A DNA stretch of 32,000 nucleotides, taken from positions 540,001 to 572,000 of the forward strand of contig CP126532.1 of assembly GCA_030167145.1 (NCBI GenBank). The letters are read 5' to 3'. Numbering within the stretch: the first letter of the stretch is position 1; every line of letters begins with the position of its first letter. The notes beneath the pieces were generated by a model that made no database searches, was not told the DNA's origin, and worked only from the letters and a program-made list of their open reading frames with translations. The stretch is from Ktedonobacterales bacterium. Lineage in GTDB: Bacteria; Chloroflexota; Ktedonobacteria; Ktedonobacterales; JADMIN01. Shown here one piece after another: positions 8,694 to 18,694 of the stretch. A program made the translations under genes and the position numbers.

Positions 8694-8723
8694 TTGACAT
8701 CCGGCCCCGCGAGGCGATACAAT
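8694..8723 (+). promoter_or_regulatory. Sigma-70-type promoter for the tRNA gene (TTGACA-18-TACAAT)
   Basis: Consensus -35 TTGACA at 8694-8699, an 18-nt spacer, then TACAAT at 8718-8723. It sits about 44 nt upstream of the mature tRNA 5' end. Confidence 0.6.
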
Positions 8724-8766
8724 TACCCGCGTGGCTGCACACTTTTGATTCCGCAGTGTGGCCGAT

Positions 8767-8842
8767 GTGCCCGTAGCTCAGTGGATAGAGCGCTGGCCTG
8801 CGGAGCCAGAGATCGGAGGTTCGAGTCCTCTCGGGCACGCCA
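8767..8842 (+). tRNA. tRNA-Arg, anticodon GCG, CCA encoded
   Basis: Hand-folded cloverleaf: acceptor GTGCCCG/CGGGCAC, D arm GCTC-AGTGGATA-GAGC, anticodon arm CTGGC-CTGCGGA-GCCAG, variable loop AGATC, T arm GGAGG-TTCGAGT-CCTCT, discriminator G, then CCA. The backbone closely resembles E. coli tRNA-Arg(CCG) as I remember it, apart from G at position 34. Confidence 0.85.
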
Positions 8843-8863
8843 GAGTTCCACATCATCGCTTCT

Positions 8864-8897
8864 CCCCGCCATACTGTGGCGGGGATTTTTGTTTTTT
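8864..8897 (+). terminator. Rho-independent terminator after the tRNA
   Basis: CCCCGCC (8864-8870), loop ATACTGT, GGCGGGG (8878-8884), followed by ATTTTTGTTTTTT. Confidence 0.8.
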
Positions 8898-9023
8898 AGT
8901 ATGCTCGCTCAACCGCTCTAAAACTCATCCGCTAGCGTGGCATGTACATTGCTCTTGTGTTTCTGGCATGAGGAACTGCCCTTGATTCCGCAATTACCCT
9001 GTCACATCGAGAGTGAGGCGAGC

Positions 9024-11531
9024 ATGAATCGCTTTGACCGCTACAACGCCGATGCCCGCAAAGCGCTGACCCAGGCACGCGAAAGCGCACTACGGCTCAA
9101 TCATAAGATGATCTGCACAGAGCATTTGTTATATGGCTTGATTGATGAGCGCGAAGGCGTTATCGCCATGATTTTCAGCGGCTTGGGCATTAGCGCCAGC
9201 AAAGTACAACAGGCGCTGGATTTCGTAATCGGCAAGAATAGTAGACCGCTGCTTGGCGAGCCAACGCTGAGCGCCGCCGCCCGCCGCGCGCTCGATCTGG
9301 CCGAGCAAGAAGCGCAAAACGTGGATGGCGCCGACGTTGGCCCCGAACATATCTTGATCGGACTGCTGCGCGAGGGCGAAGGGATCGCTTCGGGGGTACT
9401 CGACAGTTTTGGCGTGACACTGGCTCATGTCCGTGCCCAGATGCATGTCCTCAAACGACGCGGAAGGGATGGCGCCATGTTTGGTTCTGAGCATCAGGCA
9501 CGCTACAACGCAACGCCAACACTGAATATGGTCAGCCGTGACCTCACCTCAGCGGCGCTTGCCGATCAACTCGATCCAGTTGTTGGGCGCGAAGAAGAAA
9601 TCGAGCGCACCATGCAGGTTCTGGCACGCCGCAGCAAGAACAATCCCGTGCTGGTCGGCGATGCTGGCGTCGGCAAAACCGCCATCGCCGAGGGTCTGGC
9701 CCAGCGCATCGTCGAAGGCCGTGTGCCTGATGCGCTGCGTGACAAGCGCATCGTTTCCCTGGATGTCGGCTTGCTCACCGTGGGCACCAAATATCGCGGT
9801 GACTTTGAAGAACGCCTTAAGAAAGTTCTCGACGAAATCGTCAACGCCAGAAACGTCATCCTCTTCGTAGATGAATTACAGGCGCTCGTCGGCGCTGGGG
9901 TAGCCGAAGGCTCGGTTGACGCGGGTAATCTGCTCAAACCGATGCTGGCGCGCGGCGAGTTCCAGTGCATCGGCGCGACCACTCTGGATGACTATCGCAA
10001 GAGCATCGAGAAAGACCCCGCGCTTGAGCGACGCTTTCAGCCGGTGAAGGTGCGTGAGAGCACGGTAGAAGAGACGGTCGAAATCCTGCGTGTGCTGCGG
10101 CCACGCTACGAGAGTTTTCACCATGTGCGCATCACCGACGAGGCCATCCTCGCTGCCGCGCACCTCGCCAAGCGCTACATCCAGTCGCGCTTTCTGCCAG
10201 ATAAAGCCATAGACTTGATTGACGAAGCGTCGGCACGGCGTAAAGTCGGGCGGGCGGTGATCCCCACCGAAGTGCGTACCCTGCGCGAACGGCTAGCGGA
10301 CGTGCGTGACCAGAAGGATGCCGCCATTGGTGAGCGCAGCTTTGACCGTGCCTCAGAGCTTCGCGACCGCGAGTTTGCGCTATGGCAGGAAATCATCCGC
10401 CTGGAGACCGAATGGACGCGACAACGTGACGAGGGTGCGCCCACCCTCACCGAGCACGACATTGCCGAAGTGGTGGTGATGTGGACTGGCATTCCAGCGG
10501 TACAGGTCACTTCCGAAGAGTCGCAGCGGCTGCTCAACCTGGAAGCCGATCTGCACCAGCGCGTCATTGGCCAGGATGAGGCCGTGCGGATCGTCGCCAG
10601 CGCCATCCGGCGATCGCGCGCAGATCTGCGAGATCGCCGCCGCCCGATTGGCTCGTTCATCTTCGTCGGGCCGACAGGCGTGGGTAAGACCGAACTGGCA
10701 CGTGCGCTCACCGCGTCGCTGTTTGGCAGCGAGGACGCGCTCATCAAGATTGATATGTCCGAGTTTATGGAGCATCATCAGGCGGCGCGGCTGGTTGGCG
10801 CGCCTCCGGGCTACGTGGGCTACGATCAGGCGGGCCAGCTCACCGAAGCCGTCAAGCGGCGGCCATACAGCGTCGTGCTCTTCGATGAAGTTGAGAAGGC
10901 GCATCCCAAAGTCTTCGACTTATTGCTGCAAGTGTTGGAAGAAGGCCGTATCGCCGACGCGAAAGGGCACGAAGTAGACTTCAAGAACACCGTCGTCATT
11001 ATGACCTCCAACGTTGGCGCTGAAGCGCTGAGCAGACGTGGCGACTTCGGCTTCTTGCCCGGCAAAGATGAGGCGAGTGAGCAGGCGAGCGAATCGCGGC
11101 GCATGCGTGAAACGCTCATCCCTGCGTTGCGCGAGCTATTCCGGCCAGAGTTCTTGAATCGCGTAGATGACATCGTGTTCTTCGAGGCGCTCACACGCGC
11201 GCAAATGCGCGCCATTCTGGAGTTGATGCTGGCGCAAACGGCGGCGCGGCTCGCCGAGAAGCTCATGGGGCTGCGTGTCACCGAGGCTGCCAAAGAGTAT
11301 CTCGCCACGGCTGGCTATGATCGCGAATACGGCGCGCGTCCGCTCCGTCGCGTGATGCAGACTATGCTCGAAGACCGGCTGGCGGAGGGCGTGCTGCGTG
11401 GCCTGGTGAGGCCAGGTGATTGCGTAGTGGTAGATCGCAGTGAACGCGACGGCTTGCTATTCCGCACAGCGGCCTCCGTGCTGGCGCTCAGCGATGGCAG
11501 CACACAATTCGACTCACCGCAATCGGCGTAG
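9024..11531 (+). CDS. clpC: ATP-dependent Clp protease ATP-binding subunit ClpC (class I Clp/Hsp100)
   Basis: In frame with track ORF 8937..11531. The ATG at 9024 follows GAGTGAGG. It has an N-terminal Clp_N repeat ([10 protein letters not shown] / [10 protein letters not shown]), Walker A motifs GDAGVGKT and GPTGVGKT, a UVR-like linker ([17 protein letters not shown]), and a C-terminal YGARPLRR. Confidence 0.9.
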   Translation: MNRFDRYNADARKALTQARESALRLNHKMICTEHLLYGLIDEREGVIAMIFSGLGISASKVQQALDFVIGKNSRPLLGEPTLSAAARRALDLAEQEAQNVDGADVGPEHILIGLLREGEGIASGVLDSFGVTLAHVRAQMHVLKRRGRDGAMFGSEHQARYNATPTLNMVSRDLTSAALADQLDPVVGREEEIERTMQVLARRSKNNPVLVGDAGVGKTAIAEGLAQRIVEGRVPDALRDKRIVSLDVGLLTVGTKYRGDFEERLKKVLDEIVNARNVILFVDELQALVGAGVAEGSVDAGNLLKPMLARGEFQCIGATTLDDYRKSIEKDPALERRFQPVKVRESTVEETVEILRVLRPRYESFHHVRITDEAILAAAHLAKRYIQSRFLPDKAIDLIDEASARRKVGRAVIPTEVRTLRERLADVRDQKDAAIGERSFDRASELRDREFALWQEIIRLETEWTRQRDEGAPTLTEHDIAEVVVMWTGIPAVQVTSEESQRLLNLEADLHQRVIGQDEAVRIVASAIRRSRADLRDRRRPIGSFIFVGPTGVGKTELARALTASLFGSEDALIKIDMSEFMEHHQAARLVGAPPGYVGYDQAGQLTEAVKRRPYSVVLFDEVEKAHPKVFDLLLQVLEEGRIADAKGHEVDFKNTVVIMTSNVGAEALSRRGDFGFLPGKDEASEQASESRRMRETLIPALRELFRPEFLNRVDDIVFFEALTRAQMRAILELMLAQTAARLAEKLMGLRVTEAAKEYLATAGYDREYGARPLRRVMQTMLEDRLAEGVLRGLVRPGDCVVVDRSERDGLLFRTAASVLALSDGSTQFDSPQSA

Positions 11532-11579
11532 CGGCGTTCGGTGGACGCCTAGCTGTTGGCATATACTTTGCCGCCAACG

Positions 11580-12056
11580 TCATGCGGATTGCTCGACCGC
11601 CAGGTCAATTACCTCGGCGTTCGCGATGCGCGCCAGGTCGTGCGGGGCGATGCTGAAGACGGCATTGGGGGTACCAGCCGCCGCCCAGATGGTGGCGAAT
11701 CGCAGCAGGTCGCGGTCAAGGTACGTCGGCAGCGACTGCGCGTGGCCGACCGGCGGCACGCCCCCTATGGAGAAGCCGGTCGCGCTGCGCACGGTATCGG
11801 CGTCGGCCCGGCGAATCGGCGCGCCGCAGACCTGGGCGAGCTTTGCTGTGCTGGCCTGGTTCGCGCCGGAGACCAGAGCAAGAACTGGCTGATCGCCCGC
11901 CAGGAACACCAGCGACTTGACGATCTGGCCTACCTGCGCGCCCACAGCGGCGGCGGCCTCTTCCGCCGTGCGGGTGCTCTGCGAAAACTCGATAATCTCG
12001 GCCTCTACGCCAAGTGCATTGAGTGCCTCCACCACGCGCACAACCGACGCCTTCAT
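11580..12056 (-). CDS. YbaK/EbsC-family aminoacyl-tRNA editing deacylase
   Basis: Track ORF 11580..12068. I prefer the ATG at 12056. Contains TRTAEEAAAAVGAQVGQIVKSLVF and GFSIGGVPPVGH, typical of the YbaK/ProRS-associated editing domain. Confidence 0.75.
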   Translation of the reverse strand: MKASVVRVVEALNALGVEAEIIEFSQSTRTAEEAAAAVGAQVGQIVKSLVFLAGDQPVLALVSGANQASTAKLAQVCGAPIRRADADTVRSATGFSIGGVPPVGHAQSLPTYLDRDLLRFATIWAAAGTPNAVFSIAPHDLARIANAEVIDLAVEQSA

Positions 12057-12225
12057 TCGATTCCCCAATCCCCTCTAACTGCCGATTCCGTAATCTACAC
12101 CAGCCATCACACGCTCGCCATCCTACATCAGCCTACCACATGCGCCGCATCGGAGTGGATGAGGTGCGCGGCTGCAAGTTGCGAGCGCACGCTACGCTCT
12201 GTAGTTGAAGCATGATGACGACGAC

Positions 12226-13437
12226 ATGCCTTACGTGATACCGAAGGGACACATTGTGAGCCGGAGTATAGATATGGCCGTCAAATTGGCACTGTGGGGC
12301 TATGCGGTGGGCGTCGCGGGATTCTACGGCATCGCATATCTGCGTAGCAGGCCCGCGCCGGCTTCTCCCGCCGTGTCCCTGCCTCCACCCGCCGATACCT
12401 CTGCCATGTGGCCGAAGGTGAGCATCATCGTGCCTGCGCGCGATGAGGAGCGAAATATTCGGACCTGCGTAGAGTCACTGCTGGCGCAAGACTATCCCAA
12501 CTTCGATGTGACGGTGGTGGATGACGGCTCAAGTGATGGCACAGCCCAAATTCTGCGGGAGATACAGCGCAAGAACCCCCAAGGCAGGTTCTTGCGCGTG
12601 TCGCATGTGGACCATCTGCCAGCGGGATGGGCGGGAAAGCCCCACGCTATGCACACTGGAGCAGCGCAAGCTGATGGCGCGTGGCTGCTCTTCACCGATG
12701 CCGATACGCGCCATGCGCCAGGTGCGTTGCGGTTCGCCGTGGAGCGGGCCAGCGCGGGCGACGTTGATCTGCTCTCGCTCGGCGCGACCCAAGACCTGCC
12801 CGATTTTTGGGGGCGTGTGCTGATGCCGATGGCCTACCTCGGCATCTCAATGCAATATCCCGAAGCGCAGGTAAACAATCCGCGCTCTCCGATTGCGATA
12901 GCCAACGGGCAATATATGCTTGTACGCGCCAGCGCCTATCGCGCTATAGGCGGCTACGCCTCCGCGCGGCTGCGCGGCACTGTGCTGGATGATCGCGACC
13001 TGGCGCGCGAGATCAAGCATGCTGGCGGGCGTATCCAGCTTATTGATGGCCGCAAACTCCTGCGCACGCGCATGTATCACACGCTCGCCGAACACTGGGA
13101 TGGTTGGGGCAAGAATGCCTACGCGGGGAGTCGCGGCGGGCTGCCCTTTTACGTGTTGATGCTGGTCGGCCTGCCGCTCTGCACGATTGTGCCGTTCTTC
13201 CTGGGCCTCGGCGGGCTGCTCACGCGCCGCAAAGACGCCGCTCTGGCGGGCGGTCTCGCCGCGTCCGCCGCGCTGGCCTATCGCGCGTGGCTGGATCGGA
13301 AACTGGCCGTGCCCCCACGCTACGTGTGGACCCAGCCGCTGGCGGGCGCGATCTTCACCGGCATCCTGGCGCGCTCATTCTGGCGCTCGCGCACCGGACG
13401 CGGCGTGACCTGGCGTGGCCGCACCTATCACGTGTGA
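12226..13437 (+). CDS. Membrane-anchored glycosyltransferase family 2
   Basis: Track ORF 12205..13437. Contains VSIIVPARDEERNI...LLAQDYPNFDVTVVDDGSSDGT...LLFTDADTRHAPG (GT-A DxD region), flanked by N- and C-terminal TM helices. The start is ambiguous: ATG 12226, GTG 12256 or ATG 12274. Confidence 0.75.
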   Translation: MPYVIPKGHIVSRSIDMAVKLALWGYAVGVAGFYGIAYLRSRPAPASPAVSLPPPADTSAMWPKVSIIVPARDEERNIRTCVESLLAQDYPNFDVTVVDDGSSDGTAQILREIQRKNPQGRFLRVSHVDHLPAGWAGKPHAMHTGAAQADGAWLLFTDADTRHAPGALRFAVERASAGDVDLLSLGATQDLPDFWGRVLMPMAYLGISMQYPEAQVNNPRSPIAIANGQYMLVRASAYRAIGGYASARLRGTVLDDRDLAREIKHAGGRIQLIDGRKLLRTRMYHTLAEHWDGWGKNAYAGSRGGLPFYVLMLVGLPLCTIVPFFLGLGGLLTRRKDAALAGGLAASAALAYRAWLDRKLAVPPRYVWTQPLAGAIFTGILARSFWRSRTGRGVTWRGRTYHV

Positions 13438-13470
13438 GCCGTAGCGGGTTACGAATCTACTGGTCATCAT

Positions 13471-14697
13471 TCAGCGCAGCCCGTGGAAGATAGTGCGCAG
13501 CAGCGCGTCCCAGTCCCAGCCCCACAGATCCGCCGCGACCCGATAGGCAATGGCAACCACCGGCGGCAACACCGTCGAGAGCACGATGATCTGCGATGAA
13601 CGCTGCCCTAGCTCAAAGAGCGTTTCCGGCACCGTTTGTAGCGCGAGGCTGATCTGCCCCAGCGGATGCAGGCTCCGCACCAGCCCTTCCACATGTTCGT
13701 CTTCGGTCGCTGGGGGCGATCCTTCGACCTCGCGCATGTGGCTCCAGATGCGGAGGCTCTCATGCTGGCTCAACGCCCCAGCCAGTCGATGCTTGGCATC
13801 GCGTAGCCCCGCGAGTGTCAAGCGCAAAGGATAGAGCACCAGATAGGGGATGGCGGTAGCAAAAATCAGCGCGACCAAGATGAACCCTGCCAGCCCATTG
13901 CCCTGCGAAAAACCAGATACTGTGCGTGCGGTATTCACACTTTCCAGGGCGAAGACAATCAGCACGCCACCACCAATCACCAGCGTGTTTTGCACCAAGC
14001 GCATAATTATGCCAAAGCCGCCCAAGCCGTCGGGGTGCAAGAATTGCGGTTCAAGCAGCGCCTTGTGGCGAAATGAGCCATCCTTGAGCAGCAGGCGAAG
14101 CTGGCGGCAGGTGATGATATACCGAATCAGGTAGGAAACTGCGGCATAAATCTCCACCATCTGGATGAAAACATAGAGAAACCACGGCCACAGCACAGAT
14201 GGGTAATACCATGTGAAAGGCGACTGAGCGGTCGCCATCAAAAATGTGGCCCAGAACGGTGCGAGAAAGATCAGGATGAGCGCTTGCCACCACCACCAGC
14301 GATTGTAGGCACGCTGCGCCCCCACGATGAACCGACGGTACTCATCCTCGGTCAATCCTGTGACACCATTGGCACGAAGCGCATCGAAGACCGATGGAAT
14401 CTCGGTGAGCTGTCGCAGATACGCACGCGCGGCAATCGGCACAAGCACAATCCAGATAATCGCTGAATTGACATCGGAGAGCGCTGAATCGAAACCAGGA
14501 CGCAGCAGCAGCGTTCCATTCAGCGCAGGAATCCCGTAGACACACACGACCCCTCCAAGCGCCACAACCCCGTACAACAGCCACGATCTACCGCGAAACA
14601 GGCGCAATATCAGCCGTGCCAGCGGATCGTGCGCAACGACACTGACCATAGGTAGACCTACCGGGCGCGCGCCATCCGCATGCGAATCGTGTGTCAC
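13471..14697 (-). CDS. Multi-pass integral membrane protein, function unknown
   Basis: Track ORF 13471..14724. I prefer the GTG at 14697, with GGGAGG 6 nt upstream. I count about 7 hydrophobic helices and recognise no domain. A distinctive RWWWWQ segment is present. It starts shortly after the GH35-like stop, so co-transcription is likely. Confidence 0.6.
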   Translation of the reverse strand: MTHDSHADGARPVGLPMVSVVAHDPLARLILRLFRGRSWLLYGVVALGGVVCVYGIPALNGTLLLRPGFDSALSDVNSAIIWIVLVPIAARAYLRQLTEIPSVFDALRANGVTGLTEDEYRRFIVGAQRAYNRWWWWQALILIFLAPFWATFLMATAQSPFTWYYPSVLWPWFLYVFIQMVEIYAAVSYLIRYIITCRQLRLLLKDGSFRHKALLEPQFLHPDGLGGFGIIMRLVQNTLVIGGGVLIVFALESVNTARTVSGFSQGNGLAGFILVALIFATAIPYLVLYPLRLTLAGLRDAKHRLAGALSQHESLRIWSHMREVEGSPPATEDEHVEGLVRSLHPLGQISLALQTVPETLFELGQRSSQIIVLSTVLPPVVAIAYRVAADLWGWDWDALLRTIFHGLR

Positions 14698-14739
14698 TGG
14701 GTGCCTCCCGTATCGTCGCCGCAACGCGAGGCATGCGCC

Positions 14740-17097
14740 TCACGAGAGGGTCGCGCTGGCGCCGTCCAATTGCAGTACCAGCACATCATCCGGCTTCAGT
14801 GTCAAAGACAGGGTAGTGTTGTCATGGAGTATAGCGGACGAACCACTATATGTCCAGAGTGTGCGCATGGCAGTGTACTGACCACACAGTGAGGTGAGTG
14901 CCAGGGTACCCCGCTGTTCGCCCAAGCGGTTGAAGACGAAGAGCAGCAGCGAACCGGAAGGGTGACGGCGCGCCACACATTCGATGTCGAGATCGCTGAC
15001 CCACGCTGGCTTGACTCCGTGCGCCTCCATCAATCCAATGGCATAGCGCCGCAGCTCCGCACGCTCGTCTGCCGCCAGTTGATAGTAGACACCCGTGGTG
15101 TATGCGCCGCCCAACACCGTGCCCAGCACAGTGCTTGTGCCCGCGCCGTGGTGTGTGGAATAGCTCGCGCGGCGCGATCCCGCCCGCAACGGATCCATCT
15201 GCGCGCCCTGTTCTTTCTTTTCCGGCTCGAAGGTTGTCAGCGTATAATCCCCACGTACCGGCATTCCCTCGGCGCTGGTAAGCCGCGCTGCTGGCAGCTT
15301 CTGATTCAGCAGCACCTTCAGCCCCTCGAATGAATCGGTATTCTGCATCGCCGTCGGCTCGCGCCGCCGTAGTCGCCAGCGTTCCCACAGTAGATATTTG
15401 CCAAGTAGGTCGGTCGCGAGGCGTCGCGCCACCGTCCCATAGCCAATATGCCGCCGCGAGGCTGCGGCCTGTGGATACAGCGCGCGTGCGGCGTCGAGTG
15501 TGCGCCCATATTCGTCACGACTGACCACGGTAGGGAAGGTGATTAGTTGCCCGCCATGTTCGACATAGCGGGTGAGTTTCACCAGCGAGACCGCATCCAC
15601 CCAGCCGCGCGTGGGGAAGCATACCACCCGTGCGGCGGCCAGTTCGTCGTCCGTCACTCGTTGCAGATCGGTGAAGCGCGGCAGATAGCCTGCCGTGAGC
15701 AGCAGATCATAGCAACCCATAAGCCCTAACGACTCGAGGTAGAGCAGCGGATCGGGCAAGAATTGACCGGGAAGGTAGTCGCCGGGCATCAAACGCGCAT
15801 AGGGTTGATACGTCAGATACAGCGCGTCACTGTAGCATGGCGCTGACTCCAGCAGCGAGGTCTCGTGCGCGGCAAGGAAGTCGTGGATGCTCGCCACCGC
15901 TTTCAGGCGCGCAGTGGGCGTGCCCTGCTCGCCGAAGAACGAGTGAAACGTATAGGGTGAGCCTTTGGGGTCGCGACCGTCATGCGCGATGTAATAGCTG
16001 TGCCCTTGGGTGCCATGAGCGACCCCACCAAGCGTCGCCTGCACGGTCGCCTCTGGCTTCACCCGCGCCCGTGGATCAAACCAACCGCTACCCATCTCCA
16101 CCGAGATGAATGTCGCGTCAGGGCCGATCAGGGCGTGGAAGCGTTCCGGGTCGTGCGCGGGTGCGAACGGGAAATCCGCCGTGGATGGGTGGCCGGAACC
16201 CTTGGTGTAGATGTCATACCCCTGTACCGGCGCAATGCCGCGCTTCTGGCCGGGCGCGACCGGGCTGAGATAGATGTCCAGGTCATTGATCACTAGTGGC
16301 ACCGATACGCCAAGGCGCGTAGCCATGTCGTGCAGGCTCGTCAGATAGGTCGCGACGTAGCCCTCCAGAAAGCTGTACCAGTCAGTAGCCTGGGGCAGCG
16401 GCGTGGGGCGCTTCGGCGGCAGCGCATGCTCGAAGGTGACAGCGCCATTCGCCCAGGTCGCGCGTAGTTTCATGATGTCGCCCGCATAGCGTTCGCGCAG
16501 GAAGTCACGCCAGCGCCGCACCGTATCGGGATTGAAATCGAAGTTGCCAAGCGTATTGCCCAGCGGCATGCCCGTCTCGTTGTCAAGTTGAAAGCTCAGC
16601 GCCATGTCGCCAAAACGTGGCCACAAGAACGCCACTATCTGCCGGTACCACGCTTCGACCTTGCCAAGATAGGTGGGATGCAGCAGCGAGTAGTAGTAAT
16701 AGAACGATCCCTTGACCAATGCGCCACGTGGCCCGCGCATCACGCACTCCGGGTAATCGCGTCCCAGCCAGCGCGGTATGCCGAAACCGTCGAATTCGGC
16801 ATAGATCTGCGGCCCTGGGCGGATCATCACCGGTAGTTCCACCTCGCGGCAGGCTTCGAGGAAATCGCTCAGGTTCGTGTAATCCCCTGCCCGTCCGTCG
16901 AAATCGAACTGGCCCTCTTCCGGCTCGTGCAAAATCCAGGGTACGTAGGTCGCGACTGCATTAAAGTTCGCCGCGCGAAGCTGGCGTAACGCGGGCCGCC
17001 AAAGCGCGCGACGCACGCGGAAATATTGCAACTCACCGCAGCGTAGATACGCTGGCTTGCCATTCAAAACAAACGGCGCGCCCGCCAGAGAGGACAT
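14740..17097 (-). CDS. Glycoside hydrolase family 35-like protein (beta-galactosidase family)
   Basis: Track ORF 14740..17115. I prefer the ATG at 17097. The N-terminal TIM-barrel pattern is FVLNGKPAYLRCGELQYFR...NFNAVATYVPWILHEPEEGQFDF...VMIRPGPQIYAEFDGFGIPRWL, with a putative acid/base residue in FQLDNETG. Confidence 0.75.
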   Translation of the reverse strand: MSSLAGAPFVLNGKPAYLRCGELQYFRVRRALWRPALRQLRAANFNAVATYVPWILHEPEEGQFDFDGRAGDYTNLSDFLEACREVELPVMIRPGPQIYAEFDGFGIPRWLGRDYPECVMRGPRGALVKGSFYYYYSLLHPTYLGKVEAWYRQIVAFLWPRFGDMALSFQLDNETGMPLGNTLGNFDFNPDTVRRWRDFLRERYAGDIMKLRATWANGAVTFEHALPPKRPTPLPQATDWYSFLEGYVATYLTSLHDMATRLGVSVPLVINDLDIYLSPVAPGQKRGIAPVQGYDIYTKGSGHPSTADFPFAPAHDPERFHALIGPDATFISVEMGSGWFDPRARVKPEATVQATLGGVAHGTQGHSYYIAHDGRDPKGSPYTFHSFFGEQGTPTARLKAVASIHDFLAAHETSLLESAPCYSDALYLTYQPYARLMPGDYLPGQFLPDPLLYLESLGLMGCYDLLLTAGYLPRFTDLQRVTDDELAAARVVCFPTRGWVDAVSLVKLTRYVEHGGQLITFPTVVSRDEYGRTLDAARALYPQAAASRRHIGYGTVARRLATDLLGKYLLWERWRLRRREPTAMQNTDSFEGLKVLLNQKLPAARLTSAEGMPVRGDYTLTTFEPEKKEQGAQMDPLRAGSRRASYSTHHGAGTSTVLGTVLGGAYTTGVYYQLAADERAELRRYAIGLMEAHGVKPAWVSDLDIECVARRHPSGSLLLFVFNRLGEQRGTLALTSLCGQYTAMRTLWTYSGSSAILHDNTTLSLTLKPDDVLVLQLDGASATLS

Positions 17098-17146
17098 GCG
17101 TGTATCACCCTTCAATCAAGACATAGCAGGCAGCAGCAGACCTGCC

Positions 17147-18385
17147 TTACCAGCGCAGGCGTGGGATGTGCCGGGCCAGCACGCGCGGATTTGGAAGCCG
17201 CAAGCCGCGCCGCTGGGAGCGTGCCTCACCGGCGAGTTCCATTGTTTGCTCATAGGAGCATAGCGTCGCCCGCAGGCAGGCCTCATGGGAATATGCCTGC
17301 GCTGATTCGTAGGCGCTGGCGCTCATCTCCAAGCGCAGTTTCGGCTCGCGGACAAGCCGTTCCAGAGATCGGGCGAACACGCCAGTCGTATCATCGGGGG
17401 ATGCGAGGAAGCCGTTGTAGCCATCCTCAATGATCTCTGGCACACCCGCCGCCGCCAGCGCCACCACTGGCACTCCGCATGCCAGGCTTTCTAGTAGCGC
17501 CATCGGCTGATTCTCGGTCAGGCTCGCCGAAACGCATATGTCGCTGCCCGCCACCTGCTTCGCCAGGGCGTCGCCGCGCATCCAGCCGAGAAAGCGTATC
17601 CGTCCATCCAGGCCCATTCCCTGCGCCTGCGCCTTCAGATGCCCCATCATCGGACCGTCGCCCGCGATGTTGAACACTGCATTTGGATTCCGCCGCAACA
17701 CGGGTTCGGTCAGGTCGAGCAAATGCGGCAGATTCTTTTCAGCGGCTAGGCGGCCAAAATAGAGCATCTTCACCGCCGAACGTTTGGAGCGATTCTTCGA
17801 GCGCGCGATGGGATGGAAGCGCCCCGTATCAACCGGGTTCGGCACGATGATCGCCGGGCGGTGCAGCCCTCCCGCGATCACATCGCGCACCAGGTAGTGC
17901 GAGGCGCAGGAAATCAGGTCGCACTGATTATAGAACGTGGCGACATAGCGGCGGATGAGCGCGGAGATTCGCTGATTTACCTGATGCCCAAAGCGCGAAT
18001 AGGCGTCTACATATTCGCCAAAGAGCGTGTGATGGGTGCCAATGAGCGGGATGCCGTGCAACTTCGCGGCGCGCGCTCCCTGCCAACCGATGCTGAAGGG
18101 AGTGTGGCAGTGGATGACATCGGGACGAAAGCGGGCCACTAGGCGCATGAGGGTGATGCCCACCGGCGACGCAAGGGTGAAGTCTGAATAAAGTGGCAGC
18201 GGCACCGCCCGAAGGCGTACTACCGCGAACGGTTCGTCACCTCCCGCGCGGGAGCGGTGGCCGCCAGCCGTGCAGACCATGACCGTATGTCCATCCCTGG
18301 CCAGACTCCGCGCCAACGTTTCCACACAGGTCGCCACGCCGTTCACCTGCGGCGGATAGGTGTCGGAGAAAATCATCACGCGCAT
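17147..18385 (-). CDS. Glycosyltransferase family 4
   Basis: Track ORF 17147..18406. I prefer the ATG at 18385, giving MRVMIFSDTYPPQVNGVATCV. The C-terminal motif is VSASLTENQPMALLESLACGVPVVALAAAGVPEII. Confidence 0.85.
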   Translation of the reverse strand: MRVMIFSDTYPPQVNGVATCVETLARSLARDGHTVMVCTAGGHRSRAGGDEPFAVVRLRAVPLPLYSDFTLASPVGITLMRLVARFRPDVIHCHTPFSIGWQGARAAKLHGIPLIGTHHTLFGEYVDAYSRFGHQVNQRISALIRRYVATFYNQCDLISCASHYLVRDVIAGGLHRPAIIVPNPVDTGRFHPIARSKNRSKRSAVKMLYFGRLAAEKNLPHLLDLTEPVLRRNPNAVFNIAGDGPMMGHLKAQAQGMGLDGRIRFLGWMRGDALAKQVAGSDICVSASLTENQPMALLESLACGVPVVALAAAGVPEIIEDGYNGFLASPDDTTGVFARSLERLVREPKLRLEMSASAYESAQAYSHEACLRATLCSYEQTMELAGEARSQRRGLRLPNPRVLARHIPRLRW

Positions 18386-18694
18386 GTCCAGCGCCTTTCG
18401 CCACATTCCTGGCTGTAGTCGTAAGGGTGTCTGCTCGTTTATCGCAGCTTATCACCTTCACCCACATCGGGCGCATGGTGCGCACTTGACTGTACCATAG
18501 ATGCTCTTGTGTGGCAATCAATTCATGCCGTATGTAGCCACGCGCCAGCGCGTCTGGCGTAGTCAGGTCCACCGTCTGCGCATTCCATGGTATGCTACAG
18601 CGGTACACTACATCTGCGCGGTAGAAGGCATCTCCAATCATCACCGACGCGCCGCGCCGCTATGAATGCCGCATGAAGAGAGGGAGACACGCGA

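Noticed and set aside
8998-9004. Second TGTCACA (ECF41 -35-like) 20 nt upstream of the clpC start
   Set aside because: After the 16-nt spacer the sequence is CATG, not CGTC, and it would place the -10 element on the start codon. It is most likely coincidental.
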